NCBI GenBank assembly: GCA_028717245.1
Contig: JAQUOD010000008.1
Span: 2,493-66,492, forward strand
Length of the DNA: 64,000 nucleotides
Origin: Candidatus Omnitrophota bacterium
GTDB lineage: Bacteria; Omnitrophota; Gorgyraeia; Gygaellales; Profunditerraquicolaceae
Direction of reading: 5' to 3'
The notes below the pieces were generated by a model. The model worked only from the letters and a program-made list of their open reading frames with translations. It searched no databases and had not been told where the DNA came from. The position numbers were made by a program, and so were the translations under genes. Position 1 is the stretch's first letter; every line of letters begins with the position of its first letter. Shown here piece by piece: positions 9,934 to 20,053 of this stretch.

Positions 9934-10149
9934 TCATTTAATTAAGTCATCGACCCCCACAGCCAGCGACCTTGCGACCCTCAATAAAGTTTCTATAGTA
10001 GGGTTGGAATTTCTGCCTGATTCTACCTTGACGATAGTATTCAAAGACAGATCAGTAAGCTTAGAAAGCCGGTCTTGCGAAAAACCCTTCTTTAGCCTTA
10101 AGGCCCTTATATTCCTGCCGATTGTGCCTTTATTTTGCGTATTCCTCAT
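9934..10149 (-). CDS. XRE family helix-turn-helix transcriptional regulator
   Basis: IRALRLKKGFSQDRLSKLTDLSLNTIVKVESG, HTH_3. Confidence 0.8.
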   Translation of the reverse strand: MRNTQNKGTIGRNIRALRLKKGFSQDRLSKLTDLSLNTIVKVESGRNSNPTIETLLRVARSLAVGVDDLIK

Positions 10150-10174
10150 AGATTATAGTAGAAGTATCATAAAA

Positions 10175-10192
10175 CTACTATTATAATAGTAG
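10175..10192. promoter_or_regulatory. Perfect 18-bp palindrome ctactattataatagtag (operator overlapping a TATAAT-like -10) upstream of the XRE gene
   Basis: Perfect dyad symmetry, 26 nt upstream of the start codon at 10149. Confidence 0.55.
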
Positions 10193-10226
10193 AATAAATA
10201 ATGCAAAAAGTCAAGTAAAAAATAAA

Positions 10227-10252
10227 AAAGCCCATAAGAATTATGGGCTTAC
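10227..10252 (-). terminator. Rho-independent terminator (aagcccataa-gaa-ttatgggctt) with a T-run on the minus strand
   Basis: It lies directly downstream of the stop of the 10289..10840 gene. Confidence 0.55.
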
Positions 10253-10288
10253 CTAAAGTAACGATTAGGCGTATTAACGCTACTACTT

Positions 10289-10840
10289 CTATTTATCTAT
10301 GTTTTCATGAAGGAGAACTTGCAATAATTCCTTAACTCTGCCTATATCCTTAATCTCACCCGAAGCGTAATACCTGACTACCCCTCTCTTATCTATAATT
10401 ATGCTGTTGCTTTCGTCTTTTTTGGCGCGATAAGCAATGGACATACTCCCGTCCCAGTCGCCGTATACGGTAATCCCCTCTTTCGCGGAACTCTCACGTA
10501 AACCCTTTTCCCAGGCCCCCTTAAATAAGACACCGTGGCAATTGATTACCGCTACCCTGACAATATCTTTTTTCACAGATTCGGCCTGCGCGGCATAAAA
10601 AATATTCAGCTCATCCTTTAGCTTACGGTTCTCTTCTACGGCACCTCTGGCTTCATAAAACAATACTACTATCTTGCCTTTGATATCGCTGCGGGTCAGT
10701 GTTTTTTTATCTGCAGAGACAACTTTAAAATCCGGGGCAGGATCGCCGATAAGCGTATTATTTGAAGAGGAAAATAGCTGCGGCGATGAAACAACTAACA
10801 AAAGCAGGACAATAAAAACAGGACGCATTCTAAAAGACAT
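10289..10840 (-). CDS. Secreted thioredoxin-fold (redoxin/YtfJ-like) protein lacking the CxxC motif
   Basis: Signal peptide, then GDPAPDFKV...KGKIVVLFY redoxin-like N-terminus with no catalytic Cys. Confidence 0.5.
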   Translation of the reverse strand: MSFRMRPVFIVLLLLVVSSPQLFSSSNNTLIGDPAPDFKVVSADKKTLTRSDIKGKIVVLFYEARGAVEENRKLKDELNIFYAAQAESVKKDIVRVAVINCHGVLFKGAWEKGLRESSAKEGITVYGDWDGSMSIAYRAKKDESNSIIIDKRGVVRYYASGEIKDIGRVKELLQVLLHENIDK

Positions 10841-10889
10841 GCTTGCTCCCGATCATTAAACCATCCGGCGCATCTAAAAAATATATTGC

Positions 10890-11276
10890 TTAAGAAGTCA
10901 GGCTCACCAGGATTATCCCGGCGATAATAGAAATAGTGCCCATCCAGCGCTTGGGGCCTACCTTCTCTTTTAAGAAGATACGCGAGGCTAAAGCAATAAA
11001 AATATAATGCATGCTGTCTAAAGAAAAGGCGAGATTTAAGTCTATCTTAGAGAGGACAAAGAGCCAGATACATAAAGAAATTACGCTGAAAATAAAGCTA
11101 ATCCATACCCGCGGGATAAGGATCAGCTTGATAATGAATTTCAATATTTTAACAATATTGGCGCTTAAGGAGACCCCTAAGGAATTGATGGCGGATTTCA
11201 AGAAAAGCTGATTGATAGTATCGCAGATACTCGTTAAGGCAATCAGGAATATAATAAAGGCGAAACTACACTTCAC
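10890..11276 (-). CDS. Small 4-TM EamA/SMR-like membrane protein (ArnE/ArnF-like flippase subunit)
   Basis: 128 aa, four hydrophobic helices, paired with the next gene. Confidence 0.5.
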   Translation of the reverse strand: MKCSFAFIIFLIALTSICDTINQLFLKSAINSLGVSLSANIVKILKFIIKLILIPRVWISFIFSVISLCIWLFVLSKIDLNLAFSLDSMHYIFIALASRIFLKEKVGPKRWMGTISIIAGIILVSLTS

Positions 11277-11692
11277 GGTGACTGATACTCCTTTTCTTTG
11301 CTGCTAAGGGAAACAAATATCACCCCTATTAAAATAAAAATTATCCCCACCCAGCGCAGCATGCTGATTTTTTCATGCAGGAAAATAATAGAAACTAAAG
11401 GAACGGCAATATAGCTGAAACTGCAGACAGGTACGGCAACGCTTAGGTCTATTTTAGAGAGGATAGCAGACCAGATGATGAAGGTAGCGGCAACCGATGC
11501 CAGGCCGGCCCATAAAAACGGCGAAGATAAAACCCCGAATAAAAAAACGAGGATATCCGAAAGGACCTTTATTTCAACGCTGCTTATGGAAAACGTGCTT
11601 TTTTTAAAACAGAAATGCGTGAGGGTCTCCAGCACATCCGAAGAGATTAAAATCAGTAATATCTTAAAGGTTATTTTTTTTCTGAACATCAA
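11273..11692 (-). CDS. Small 4-TM EamA/SMR-like membrane protein (ArnE/ArnF-like flippase subunit)
   Basis: 139 aa; the start/stop overlaps with the neighbouring genes. Confidence 0.5.
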   Translation of the reverse strand: MMFRKKITFKILLILISSDVLETLTHFCFKKSTFSISSVEIKVLSDILVFLFGVLSSPFLWAGLASVAATFIIWSAILSKIDLSVAVPVCSFSYIAVPLVSIIFLHEKISMLRWVGIIFILIGVIFVSLSSKEKEYQSP

Positions 11693-12819
11693 AGTTTATC
11701 TTTTAACAGTGCGTCAGATTTTTCCGGATTAAGGAATTTAGCCAATAAAGCCAGGATTGCATTGATTGCGCGGCTGTTATGCCTAAGGTAAGCGTAGAGC
11801 GGGATAAGTTTTGCCCCCAGTTTTAACTTTGCCCCGTAATCAGTCTGGCCGGTCTGATACGAACTTATCTTGTGCTTCAGGCACCACTCTACATTATAAC
11901 ACCAGCTCAGATAATAAAGGTGTACCTGTTGGGATATATCATAATCAAAACCGATGAATTTATCAATAAATAAATCCGGATATACGAAACAGAGATTAAA
12001 GGCGGCCAACCTTCCATTTACATAATAGAGAAAAAATTTAGCCTGCCCAGGCATCTCCTTGCCTGCGTTTAAGAAAAACTGCGGGGTGAGCTTCTCGAAT
12101 TTGGTCATTCCCGCGCCGTAAGTATTCAGGTAAAGCCGGTAGATATCTTCTATTATTTCACCAACGCAATCTACTGCCTTAACGCTAATCTCTGCCGTAG
12201 AATAAGCTTTTTTGATTTCCCGGCGCAGGTTCTTTCTGGTAGCGCTGCCCAGGCTGGATAGGTAATCGTCAAAAGAAGAAAAACACCCTAGTTGTGTCAC
12301 CGCGCAGGGAAAACTCTTTACTTTAAAAAACCTATAAGGCAGGAGCGCATCCAGAAACAGAGTTTCTTTTGGTAGGAAATCTTTAAAGAGAATCAAAGGT
12401 ATCTTCTTTTCCTGGCAAAAGCCTTCTATCCCTTTAACTAACTCTGCAATCAGCTCATTTTTATGCTCAAAAGAATCCCTGACACCCGCCACGCCATTCT
12501 CTCCGAAAGGAGAACCGCAGAACAGCGTCTTGACCACGAGTAAACGCGGGAAAATTCTGCGCAGGAGTTGGATGCCGCCTGCGATAAACTTACCTGCAGC
12601 AATATCCAGGTTAAAATCGGCAATGAATAAAGGCGCAATAAAAACAATGCCGTCTCCTTCAGATAAAATAAGATAATGGAAACTAAATTCCCGCAGGCAG
12701 GAACTTTCTAAGAGTTCATAGAAAGGGTATCCTTCGGGCGCATCTTTAAAAACCGCATCCCAATCATCCCTTTTTATTTTACTGACAGAATCTACAATAC
12801 GAGCGGTAATGTTTAGCAT
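11689..12819 (-). CDS. FemAB/GNAT-type acyl- or aminoacyl-transferase domain protein
   Basis: 376 aa, acetyltransferase-like fold judged by eye. The family assignment is tentative. Confidence 0.45.
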   Translation of the reverse strand: MLNITARIVDSVSKIKRDDWDAVFKDAPEGYPFYELLESSCLREFSFHYLILSEGDGIVFIAPLFIADFNLDIAAGKFIAGGIQLLRRIFPRLLVVKTLFCGSPFGENGVAGVRDSFEHKNELIAELVKGIEGFCQEKKIPLILFKDFLPKETLFLDALLPYRFFKVKSFPCAVTQLGCFSSFDDYLSSLGSATRKNLRREIKKAYSTAEISVKAVDCVGEIIEDIYRLYLNTYGAGMTKFEKLTPQFFLNAGKEMPGQAKFFLYYVNGRLAAFNLCFVYPDLFIDKFIGFDYDISQQVHLYYLSWCYNVEWCLKHKISSYQTGQTDYGAKLKLGAKLIPLYAYLRHNSRAINAILALLAKFLNPEKSDALLKDKL

Positions 12820-12877
12820 AATAAGTACCTTGAATTTTGTGCTATTTTAGCATAAAATAGTCATATATTAAATAAAA

Positions 12878-14092
12878 ATGAGCCTATTACGAGAGATTCC
12901 TCCTACCGCAGGGTTTCCTTTTTATGCCGGAGACATCCTCTCCCTCTTTTCAGGACAGGCAGGGAAAGGCTCTTTAGAAGAAGATTTCCAGTCATATCTG
13001 GGCGTACCTTTTGCCAGGGTCACTTATTCGGGCACCGCGGCTTTTTATTTTATTTTAGAGGCCATAAAAACACTCTCTCCTAAAAGAACTATTATCATCC
13101 CTGCCTTTATCTGCCCCCTCATACCTCTGGCAATAAAAAGGGCCGGATTAAAAATCCTCGTATGCGATATACAGAAAGATAATTTTAATTTCGATTCCCG
13201 GCAGCTTAGGGAATTATGCCTAAGTAATCCGGATATCCTGGCGATTGTCGCCGTGCATTTAGGCGGAATACCCGTAGACTTTGATTCTATGCAAGAAATC
13301 ACCCGGGAAAATAAAATATTTATTATTGAGGACTGTGCCCAATCACTGGGGGCGATGTACAAAAATAAAAAGACCGGGGCACTGGGGGACTTCTCCTTCT
13401 TTAGCCTCTGCCGCGGTAAGGGCCTGACTATTTACGAAGGCGGCGTTATTGTCACCGGAGAAACTGCCTTTGCCCCGTTAATTGAAAAAACAATCCAGCG
13501 CCTCTCCCATAAAGACCCTCTCTCTGAAGGCTTAAAAATACTGGAATTATTCGGATACTGGCTTTTTTACAGGCCGCGCCTCTTCTGGTTTGTCTTTAAT
13601 GCCCCCCGGCTCTTTTGGTCCTGGCGCAGGCAGCCAGAGAGGGCAGCCGGAGAATATTATACCCCGGATTTTCCGCTGCATGCAGTATCAGAGTTCAGGA
13701 AGAGAATCGGCCACCTGACTTTTACGCGCCTGGATCAGGAAATAAACAAACAAAGGCAAAGAGTATCCGAATACCTAAAATTATTAGAAGATATTCCCGG
13801 GATACATTTGATTACCGCGCCCGCAGAAAATTATGCAAGCTATCCCTACCTGACCCTGCTTTTTGATCATCCCTCCCAAAAAAATAAAGCTGCACAAATT
13901 TTGGCTAAAACAGGGCTAGGCGTATCTATAATCTACCTTGCGGCCATTAATGATTATGCATATTTAAAAGATATCATCCCGCCCCAGGACGCGCCCAACG
14001 CCCGTTACCTCGCCCAAAGGCACATCAGCCTCTCTACCAGCACCTTCCTGACTAAAGCAGACCTGGACCGTATCGCAAAAATACTATCTTAA
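12878..14092 (+). CDS. DegT/DnrJ/EryC1/StrS family PLP-dependent sugar aminotransferase (ArnB-like)
   Basis: IIEDCAQSLGAMYKNKKTGALGDFSFFS...GEGG motifs typical of DegT. Confidence 0.75.
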   Translation: MSLLREIPPTAGFPFYAGDILSLFSGQAGKGSLEEDFQSYLGVPFARVTYSGTAAFYFILEAIKTLSPKRTIIIPAFICPLIPLAIKRAGLKILVCDIQKDNFNFDSRQLRELCLSNPDILAIVAVHLGGIPVDFDSMQEITRENKIFIIEDCAQSLGAMYKNKKTGALGDFSFFSLCRGKGLTIYEGGVIVTGETAFAPLIEKTIQRLSHKDPLSEGLKILELFGYWLFYRPRLFWFVFNAPRLFWSWRRQPERAAGEYYTPDFPLHAVSEFRKRIGHLTFTRLDQEINKQRQRVSEYLKLLEDIPGIHLITAPAENYASYPYLTLLFDHPSQKNKAAQILAKTGLGVSIIYLAAINDYAYLKDIIPPQDAPNARYLAQRHISLSTSTFLTKADLDRIAKILS

Positions 14093-14106
14093 ATTTTCTT
14101 ATGCTT

Positions 14107-15087
14107 TTAATCAATTAAGGTTTCTAAAATCCTAAGGTTAGTATCCTGGTTGGTGGCGTGGATAAGAGAATCCGAGGAATGATTTGCGGCTACATCTTTG
14201 GGGTGGTCTAAGCGCGAGAAAAACGCCTTAAACTTAGAAGCCAATATAACCGGAGAATATTCTCCGGTTATGTCTACACCGATTATCTCCAGGTGATCCC
14301 TGATTACCTTCAGCATCAGCAGGAGTTCTTCTAACGAAAGCAAACCCTCTTCCCAATTAGTCAGGGCATATTCTCTTTTCAGGCAATCCTTATCTATGGA
14401 AACATATACCTGCCTGGTAGGCAAAGATTGAATAACGCTAAGAAAAAAATCCGCTAAATTCTTTCCGGCAAGCTCGCTCCAATATATCTGACTGCCCAAA
14501 AAACATTTTTTAAGCCTTAGGGAATCATTCTGCGGGATATCCCGTAAAAAAACACGCGATGGTTTATGGTAATAAGGATATATCCTGACCCGGCTATCCT
14601 TAAGTGAGCCTAGATTCCCGCTCTGAATATACCCGGTAGAAATATCATTTGAGGCAATTCCCACTAACAGGCATTTTTTAATATTTTTATTTTTCAACGC
14701 CTGTGTTACCCATGAGCCGCAGCCATACTTAGGCGGAATGATATCCCAATCCGGATGAAAATCAAAAACTACTAATGAAAATGGTTCATCGGACTGATCA
14801 ATCAAAATAGAGCTGATATGATGAAAGTCCCCCGAACCTAAAAAAATAAGGGAATTTTCTGCCAGGCCACACAGCCGCCCTTCAATAGCCAATTTTGTTT
14901 TTTTATCCATCCAAAGCCTTACCCTGGGGCCAAAAGCAGACAAGTCTATAATCTGTGGGCTATATTTTTGAAGGATCTCTTGTTGTTTTATCAGGCTGGC
15001 ATCAAAATCCAGTATGCGGATATTCTGAATGGACATTAAGGAAGGTTTTTTAGGATTTTTTAAGTGCCCTCGAGAGGGCCTCTTCAA
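14107..15087 (-). CDS. Arginase/agmatinase/formiminoglutamase family (ureohydrolase) protein
   Basis: GSGDFHHIS (GGDHS-like), DFHPDWD (DAHxD) and SIDKDCL (SxDxDxxDP) metal-binding motifs. Confidence 0.65.
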   Translation of the reverse strand: MKRPSRGHLKNPKKPSLMSIQNIRILDFDASLIKQQEILQKYSPQIIDLSAFGPRVRLWMDKKTKLAIEGRLCGLAENSLIFLGSGDFHHISSILIDQSDEPFSLVVFDFHPDWDIIPPKYGCGSWVTQALKNKNIKKCLLVGIASNDISTGYIQSGNLGSLKDSRVRIYPYYHKPSRVFLRDIPQNDSLRLKKCFLGSQIYWSELAGKNLADFFLSVIQSLPTRQVYVSIDKDCLKREYALTNWEEGLLSLEELLLMLKVIRDHLEIIGVDITGEYSPVILASKFKAFFSRLDHPKDVAANHSSDSLIHATNQDTNLRILETLID

Positions 15088-16459
15088 AAAGATCGACTGC
15101 CAGGTCTATTTCATCCTGGCTGATATATAAGGAAGGCGCTAGAGTAAAAACATTCTTATAATAACCGCCCACATCGAGTACGAGGCCCCTCTTTTTACCT
15201 CCTACACTCAACGTGCCGCTTAAACCTATATTAGTGACGGCATCAGTAAGTTCTTTGTTAGGGGTAAAACTGTCTTTCTGGCACATTTCTATTCTTATAG
15301 CCAGGCCCAGCCCCCCTACATGGCCGACTTGAGGGTATTTTTTTGTAAGCTTACGCAGCCTGGATACAAAATACTCGCCTTTTTTAGGCACCTCTACTGC
15401 AAAATTGGACTCATCTATTAGGTTCAATGTCTCAAGGCCCACTGCCGTGCCCAAGGGATTGGAAGAAAATGTGGAGTGTGTTGAACCGGGAGGGAATACA
15501 TTGGGTGAAATTAATTTTTCTTTTGCCCAGATGCCCGATAAAGGGTTGAGTCCGTTGGTCATGGCCTTACCGAAAACAATGATATCCGGAGCCACATTAA
15601 AATGTTCAATGGCCCAGAATTTTCCTGTCCTGAAGAAACCCATCTGAATTTCATCGTCTACCATGAGTATATTGTGCCTCTCCAGGATTTCTTTGAGGCC
15701 GGAAAAATATTCCTGGGGAGGCACCACGTAACCGCCCGTGCCCTGTACGGGCTCAATATAAAAAGCCCCGAATTCGCTCCTGCCTGTTTTATGATTTGAA
15801 GCAGAATGGTATTCGGTTTCAAATAATTTTTCAAATTGCTTGAGGCAATACAAATCGCAGAAATCCCTTTTCTTTTCATAGGAACACCGAAAACAATAAG
15901 GGTAAGGTATAAACCATGCCCTATCGGAAAAATGGCCGAACCTCTCTCTGTACCTGTAGCTTGATGTAATAGCTGAAGCCGCCAGGGTCCGGCCGTGATA
16001 ACCGCCCATAAATGCAAACATCAAATTTCTGCCCGTATGGCCCCGGACGATCTTAAGTGAATCCTCTACGGCAGCCGAACCGCCCACATTAAAATGCACC
16101 CTGCCTTTTTCTTCAAAAATCGTGCTGATTCTCCGGGAGAGCTTTGTCGCCAGCCGGATTTTTTCTTCATGGAGATACTGGCAGGCCAGCTGCGGGAGTT
16201 TGTCTATTTGTTTTTTCAGGGCCTCGTTTAATCTCGGATTTTTATACCCGAAATTAGCGGCAGAATACCACATCTGCAGGTCAAGGTATTCCCCGCCATC
16301 CTGGTCATATAGATATATGCCTTCGGCGCGGTCAAAGATATTTAATTTTTCCGCGTAGTGGACCGTATCGCCCCAGGAACAATACTCTGACTCCAATTGC
16401 AGAAGCTCATCAATCCTAGTCCTCTTGGGCTTTTGCGCTACCTTCTCTTTATAATTCAT
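15050..16459 (-). CDS. Class III (acetylornithine/GABA/GSA-type) PLP aminotransferase
   Basis: DDEIQMGFFRTGKFWAIEHFNVAPDIIVFGKAMTNG lysine-containing motif. Confidence 0.8.
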   Translation of the reverse strand: MNYKEKVAQKPKRTRIDELLQLESEYCSWGDTVHYAEKLNIFDRAEGIYLYDQDGGEYLDLQMWYSAANFGYKNPRLNEALKKQIDKLPQLACQYLHEEKIRLATKLSRRISTIFEEKGRVHFNVGGSAAVEDSLKIVRGHTGRNLMFAFMGGYHGRTLAASAITSSYRYRERFGHFSDRAWFIPYPYCFRCSYEKKRDFCDLYCLKQFEKLFETEYHSASNHKTGRSEFGAFYIEPVQGTGGYVVPPQEYFSGLKEILERHNILMVDDEIQMGFFRTGKFWAIEHFNVAPDIIVFGKAMTNGLNPLSGIWAKEKLISPNVFPPGSTHSTFSSNPLGTAVGLETLNLIDESNFAVEVPKKGEYFVSRLRKLTKKYPQVGHVGGLGLAIRIEMCQKDSFTPNKELTDAVTNIGLSGTLSVGGKKRGLVLDVGGYYKNVFTLAPSLYISQDEIDLAVDLFEEALSRALKKS

Positions 16460-17127
16460 ATCTCTAACCCCCTGAAATAACCGGTAATATCCTCTAAGTT
16501 ATTAAACGCCAGGCAAAGCCTTTTATTTTTTCTAAAGTAATTCAACAAGCTCTCCTTGGCAAACAATATATCCGAACACTCTGCGGGGCAGACATCGGAA
16601 AGCCCGTCTCCTATATAAATAATAATTTTATCTCTAATATTCTTCCTAAGCAAGTTTTTCTTTTTGCAGTGGGCGCAGCGCAGGCAACGCTTATTGGCGT
16701 AAGGGAACGAAGGAATAATCCTGTCTTTATGGAATTTCAAGCTGTTAGCATACACCTTTATCCCCCTTATCCCGTTATTACGCAGGATAGTCTCTATGAT
16801 AAAGGTAAAATTATCGCTTAAGATAATCGGTTTTATCTTCTCCCTTTTCAACATATTGAAGAAATTATAAAAATGCGGGTCAATCCTGATCCGGGAGAGA
16901 TATTCTAATAAACCTTTCTTGGTCACCCTGACCGAGCGTAACTGCCCTTCTAAACAAGCCTGCGAACCTATCTCGTGCCTCTTCCAGGCATTCTCCAGGG
17001 CTATCCATTCGGTATTGATGGAAAAATGCTCTATGATATCATCCAATATGTCGGAAAGGGTGATGGTATTATCAAAATCAAAAAAGACCATGCACTGCGA
17101 TAAATAAGGAAGCCTGATATTACGCAC
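16456..17127 (-). CDS. HAD-superfamily hydrolase (HAD-IB/phosphoserine phosphatase-like)
   Basis: FFDFDNTIT motif I and ...IYIGDGLSD motif IV. Confidence 0.65.
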   Translation of the reverse strand: MRNIRLPYLSQCMVFFDFDNTITLSDILDDIIEHFSINTEWIALENAWKRHEIGSQACLEGQLRSVRVTKKGLLEYLSRIRIDPHFYNFFNMLKREKIKPIILSDNFTFIIETILRNNGIRGIKVYANSLKFHKDRIIPSFPYANKRCLRCAHCKKKNLLRKNIRDKIIIYIGDGLSDVCPAECSDILFAKESLLNYFRKNKRLCLAFNNLEDITGYFRGLEI

Positions 17128-18019
17128 CTTTTAAATCTCCCCCGATACGCTTAAAGAAACTATCCATCGCCTCTGCTACCTTATCGCGCTCCTGGTCAGC
17201 GGTAATAATATGATAAGAATCATGAAGAAGCACTATCTCTTTCATTTCGGATTTAATCTTATCGTAAATAAATTGCGAATTCTTTACGCTGGTAACATCG
17301 TCGTTTTTTGCCTGTATTAACTGAACCGGGGCATTAATATATCCCAGTTTTTTAGTCAAGTGTCTCACTAAAAGGCGCAATTGATATAAGAGGGTTACGG
17401 GAAAATAAGGATAACCGTAGCGCGCCACGCCCTCCATATCGGATATGCGGGCCTTATTATAATACCTGTGTACAACTTTACGCAACTGCTCGTTCTTGAT
17501 GCCATAGGGTGAGTCTTCTTTAAAATAAGAGAAATGCTTTAAGAAGGTATGTGATGCTAAAGGCAGGAAACACTGATACCACGGCGCGTTCCAGCCGTCA
17601 TAGAATAATGTAGGCGATAAACAACTCACCCCCGCTACTCTCTGCGGGAATTCCTCCGCAAGGAGTAATGCCAAAAGCGCACCCAGCGATAAACCCGACA
17701 CAAATATTAATCCTTTTCCTGAGTTAATCTTCATAAAGGCCTCACGCACTGACTGATAACATTCCTGCCAGGTGGTATTCTTTAATACCTCCATAGGCTC
17801 ACCATGGTTTGCCAGGACCGGGCAGAGAGTGGCGTATCCTCTGCTGTTTAAGAAACGCGCCAAAAAACTCATTTCATGGGGAGTCCCGGTGAGGCCGTGG
17901 ATAAGGATTACGGTAGAGCCGTTATTGCCTTCTAAAAAAATCCCGTTTTTCTGCGAAAGATTATCCGCTGATTTGAAACCGCTCTTTTTCCTGAAATTAA
18001 AGTAGAATTTAACTGACAT
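17120..18019 (-). CDS. Alpha/beta hydrolase (lysophospholipase/esterase-like)
   Basis: VILIHGLTG oxyanion region and GLSLGA nucleophile elbow. Confidence 0.7.
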   Translation of the reverse strand: MSVKFYFNFRKKSGFKSADNLSQKNGIFLEGNNGSTVILIHGLTGTPHEMSFLARFLNSRGYATLCPVLANHGEPMEVLKNTTWQECYQSVREAFMKINSGKGLIFVSGLSLGALLALLLAEEFPQRVAGVSCLSPTLFYDGWNAPWYQCFLPLASHTFLKHFSYFKEDSPYGIKNEQLRKVVHRYYNKARISDMEGVARYGYPYFPVTLLYQLRLLVRHLTKKLGYINAPVQLIQAKNDDVTSVKNSQFIYDKIKSEMKEIVLLHDSYHIITADQERDKVAEAMDSFFKRIGGDLKGA

Positions 18020-18775
18020 CTAGTCTTTGCTAAAAAGCAGCTTAAAGGGCAAGGTAGCGATCCCCCAGGCATCCCTTGCTCCGGTCTTTGCCGTGCCCCA
18101 AGCAGCATCTGCTGTGCCTTTTATCTGTGAAAGAAGCTGCACAAAGGTAAGGTCAAGCAATTTTCCGATCTCGGTATTCTCTATTGCTTTATAAATAGCC
18201 ATCTTCACTACCGCATTTTCATCCTTCAGGCCGACAAATGCCGTATTTTTTATTCCTATATGATATTTATATTCTTTCGGGGGTTTGGCGGTATAATCCG
18301 TATATTTTACATCGCCGATACTCAAGACCACGATATCAAAATAAAAATCCGGCTCATCGCCGGCGTCTTCTTTTTTAGGGGAAACAATCCCGTCTATATT
18401 TATCTTACCCCCCTTATTTTTGACGATATTCAACTGTTTTAAGTCCATGGCAAAAAGATAAATATCGGGTTTTTTACGGATCAGGACTTCCCAGGGGTCA
18501 AACACCAGGTGGATATAATCTAGATAGGCAAGCTCCTCTTGCGGGAAGCCTGCGGGATTATGCACGGTTATCCCTTTTACGGCGATATGGGTCAGAAGCG
18601 GCGAAAACTCTATTTTATCTATGGTAACTTTGATCCCCAGGGTCTCTTCTATTTTACTCTCGACTATCTCCTTTATCCTGAGGTGCTTCACAATAGAAAA
18701 AACGGCGATTAAAAGAATAACCAGGGCAATAAAAACTATCCCCAGAGAAATAATCAGCCTTCTTAAAATTTTCAT
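18020..18775 (-). CDS. Membrane-anchored AsmA-like/DUF748-like protein
   Basis: N-terminal TM anchor then a beta-rich periplasmic region. The family call is tentative. Confidence 0.4.
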   Translation of the reverse strand: MKILRRLIISLGIVFIALVILLIAVFSIVKHLRIKEIVESKIEETLGIKVTIDKIEFSPLLTHIAVKGITVHNPAGFPQEELAYLDYIHLVFDPWEVLIRKKPDIYLFAMDLKQLNIVKNKGGKINIDGIVSPKKEDAGDEPDFYFDIVVLSIGDVKYTDYTAKPPKEYKYHIGIKNTAFVGLKDENAVVKMAIYKAIENTEIGKLLDLTFVQLLSQIKGTADAAWGTAKTGARDAWGIATLPFKLLFSKD

Positions 18776-18877
18776 CCTTTAAAGACCTTTCTTAAGATTC
18801 CGCAAGGAAAACTTCTCTATTTACGTATAGCAGATTATATCCGTAATACCTCGCTCTATCAAGAATTTTCTCTATCC

Positions 18878-20011
18878 CTATCCCAAACTCTTACGGAATT
18901 TCATGGCGCTTAAGGTAATCACCACCAGGCCCATAATGAATAATGGCATAAGCTGGGTCCAGAGAATATCAATCCCCACCCCTTTTAGAAATATACTCCT
19001 GATCACCACCATAAAATAACGCAGGGGATTTATAATGGTAAACCACTGGATAACCTTGGGCATATTGGCTATGGGGTAAGCAAAACCGGATAAGAGGACT
19101 GTCGGCATATAAAAGAGAAAAACCGACATCATTGCCTCCTGCTGGGTGGAGGATATCGTGGAGATAAACAGGCCTATCCCTAAAGTGGTGAACAAATATA
19201 TACAGGTAGAAAAAAGCAATAAAAGCAAATTTCCTCTTAAAGGTATATGAAACCAGACTACACCCAGTATAGTAATCAGGGTAATCTGGATCAGCGCGAT
19301 TACGCCAAAAGGAAGAAGCTTTCCTATAATAAGCTCAATGGGCCTTAGGGGGCTGACCGTCAGCTGCTCCATAGTGCCAATCTCCTTCTCTTTTACTATG
19401 GCCATGGCGCTCAATAAAAGAGACATCACGGTCACAATGGTAGCGATTACCCCGGGCAGATAATAATTTCTGGAGATGAGGTTTCCGTTAAACCAGGCGC
19501 GGTCCCGCAAATCTACGCTGGGCATATTTGATACCTCACCGCTTGCCGCAGCTTCCTCTTTCATCAGGTCAACCTGATAGTTATTTACTATCGTATTGGC
19601 ATAGCCCATGATAATCATGGCTGTATTTGAGTCTGTGCCGTCAAAACTAAACTGCACGGCCGCGTCTTTTCCGGCGTTAAGGTCGCGGCCAAAACCGCGG
19701 TCAATGTGAATAACTACGCTAGATAGCCCCTTATCCAGCACTTCGTTTTGCTCCTTTTCGCTATTGAGATAACGTTCGGGAACAAAATATTTGGAGTAGG
19801 TGAACCGGCGCAGGAGCTCACGGCTCTCCTTGGTATTATCACGGTCAAAAATCGCCGTGGGGACATAATTGATATCTTTATTGGCGGCATAGCCAAATAG
19901 AATTATCTGCAGAAGCGGGGTAATAAAAATAACTGTCTTCATCCGCGGGTCGCGGAAGATTTGTTTAAATTCCTTTATCAGGATAGCCCTTGCCCGTTCA
20001 AACATTGGCAC
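18878..20011 (-). CDS. ABC-2 type transporter permease (YbhR/YbhS-like)
   Basis: Large periplasmic loop then 5-6 TM helices, typical of ABC-2. Confidence 0.75.
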   Translation of the reverse strand: MPMFERARAILIKEFKQIFRDPRMKTVIFITPLLQIILFGYAANKDINYVPTAIFDRDNTKESRELLRRFTYSKYFVPERYLNSEKEQNEVLDKGLSSVVIHIDRGFGRDLNAGKDAAVQFSFDGTDSNTAMIIMGYANTIVNNYQVDLMKEEAAASGEVSNMPSVDLRDRAWFNGNLISRNYYLPGVIATIVTVMSLLLSAMAIVKEKEIGTMEQLTVSPLRPIELIIGKLLPFGVIALIQITLITILGVVWFHIPLRGNLLLLLFSTCIYLFTTLGIGLFISTISSTQQEAMMSVFLFYMPTVLLSGFAYPIANMPKVIQWFTIINPLRYFMVVIRSIFLKGVGIDILWTQLMPLFIMGLVVITLSAMKFRKSLG

Positions 20012-20053
20012 TTTAATTTTTTGTTCAGCATGAAATCCCGCAAAGCGGAATAA

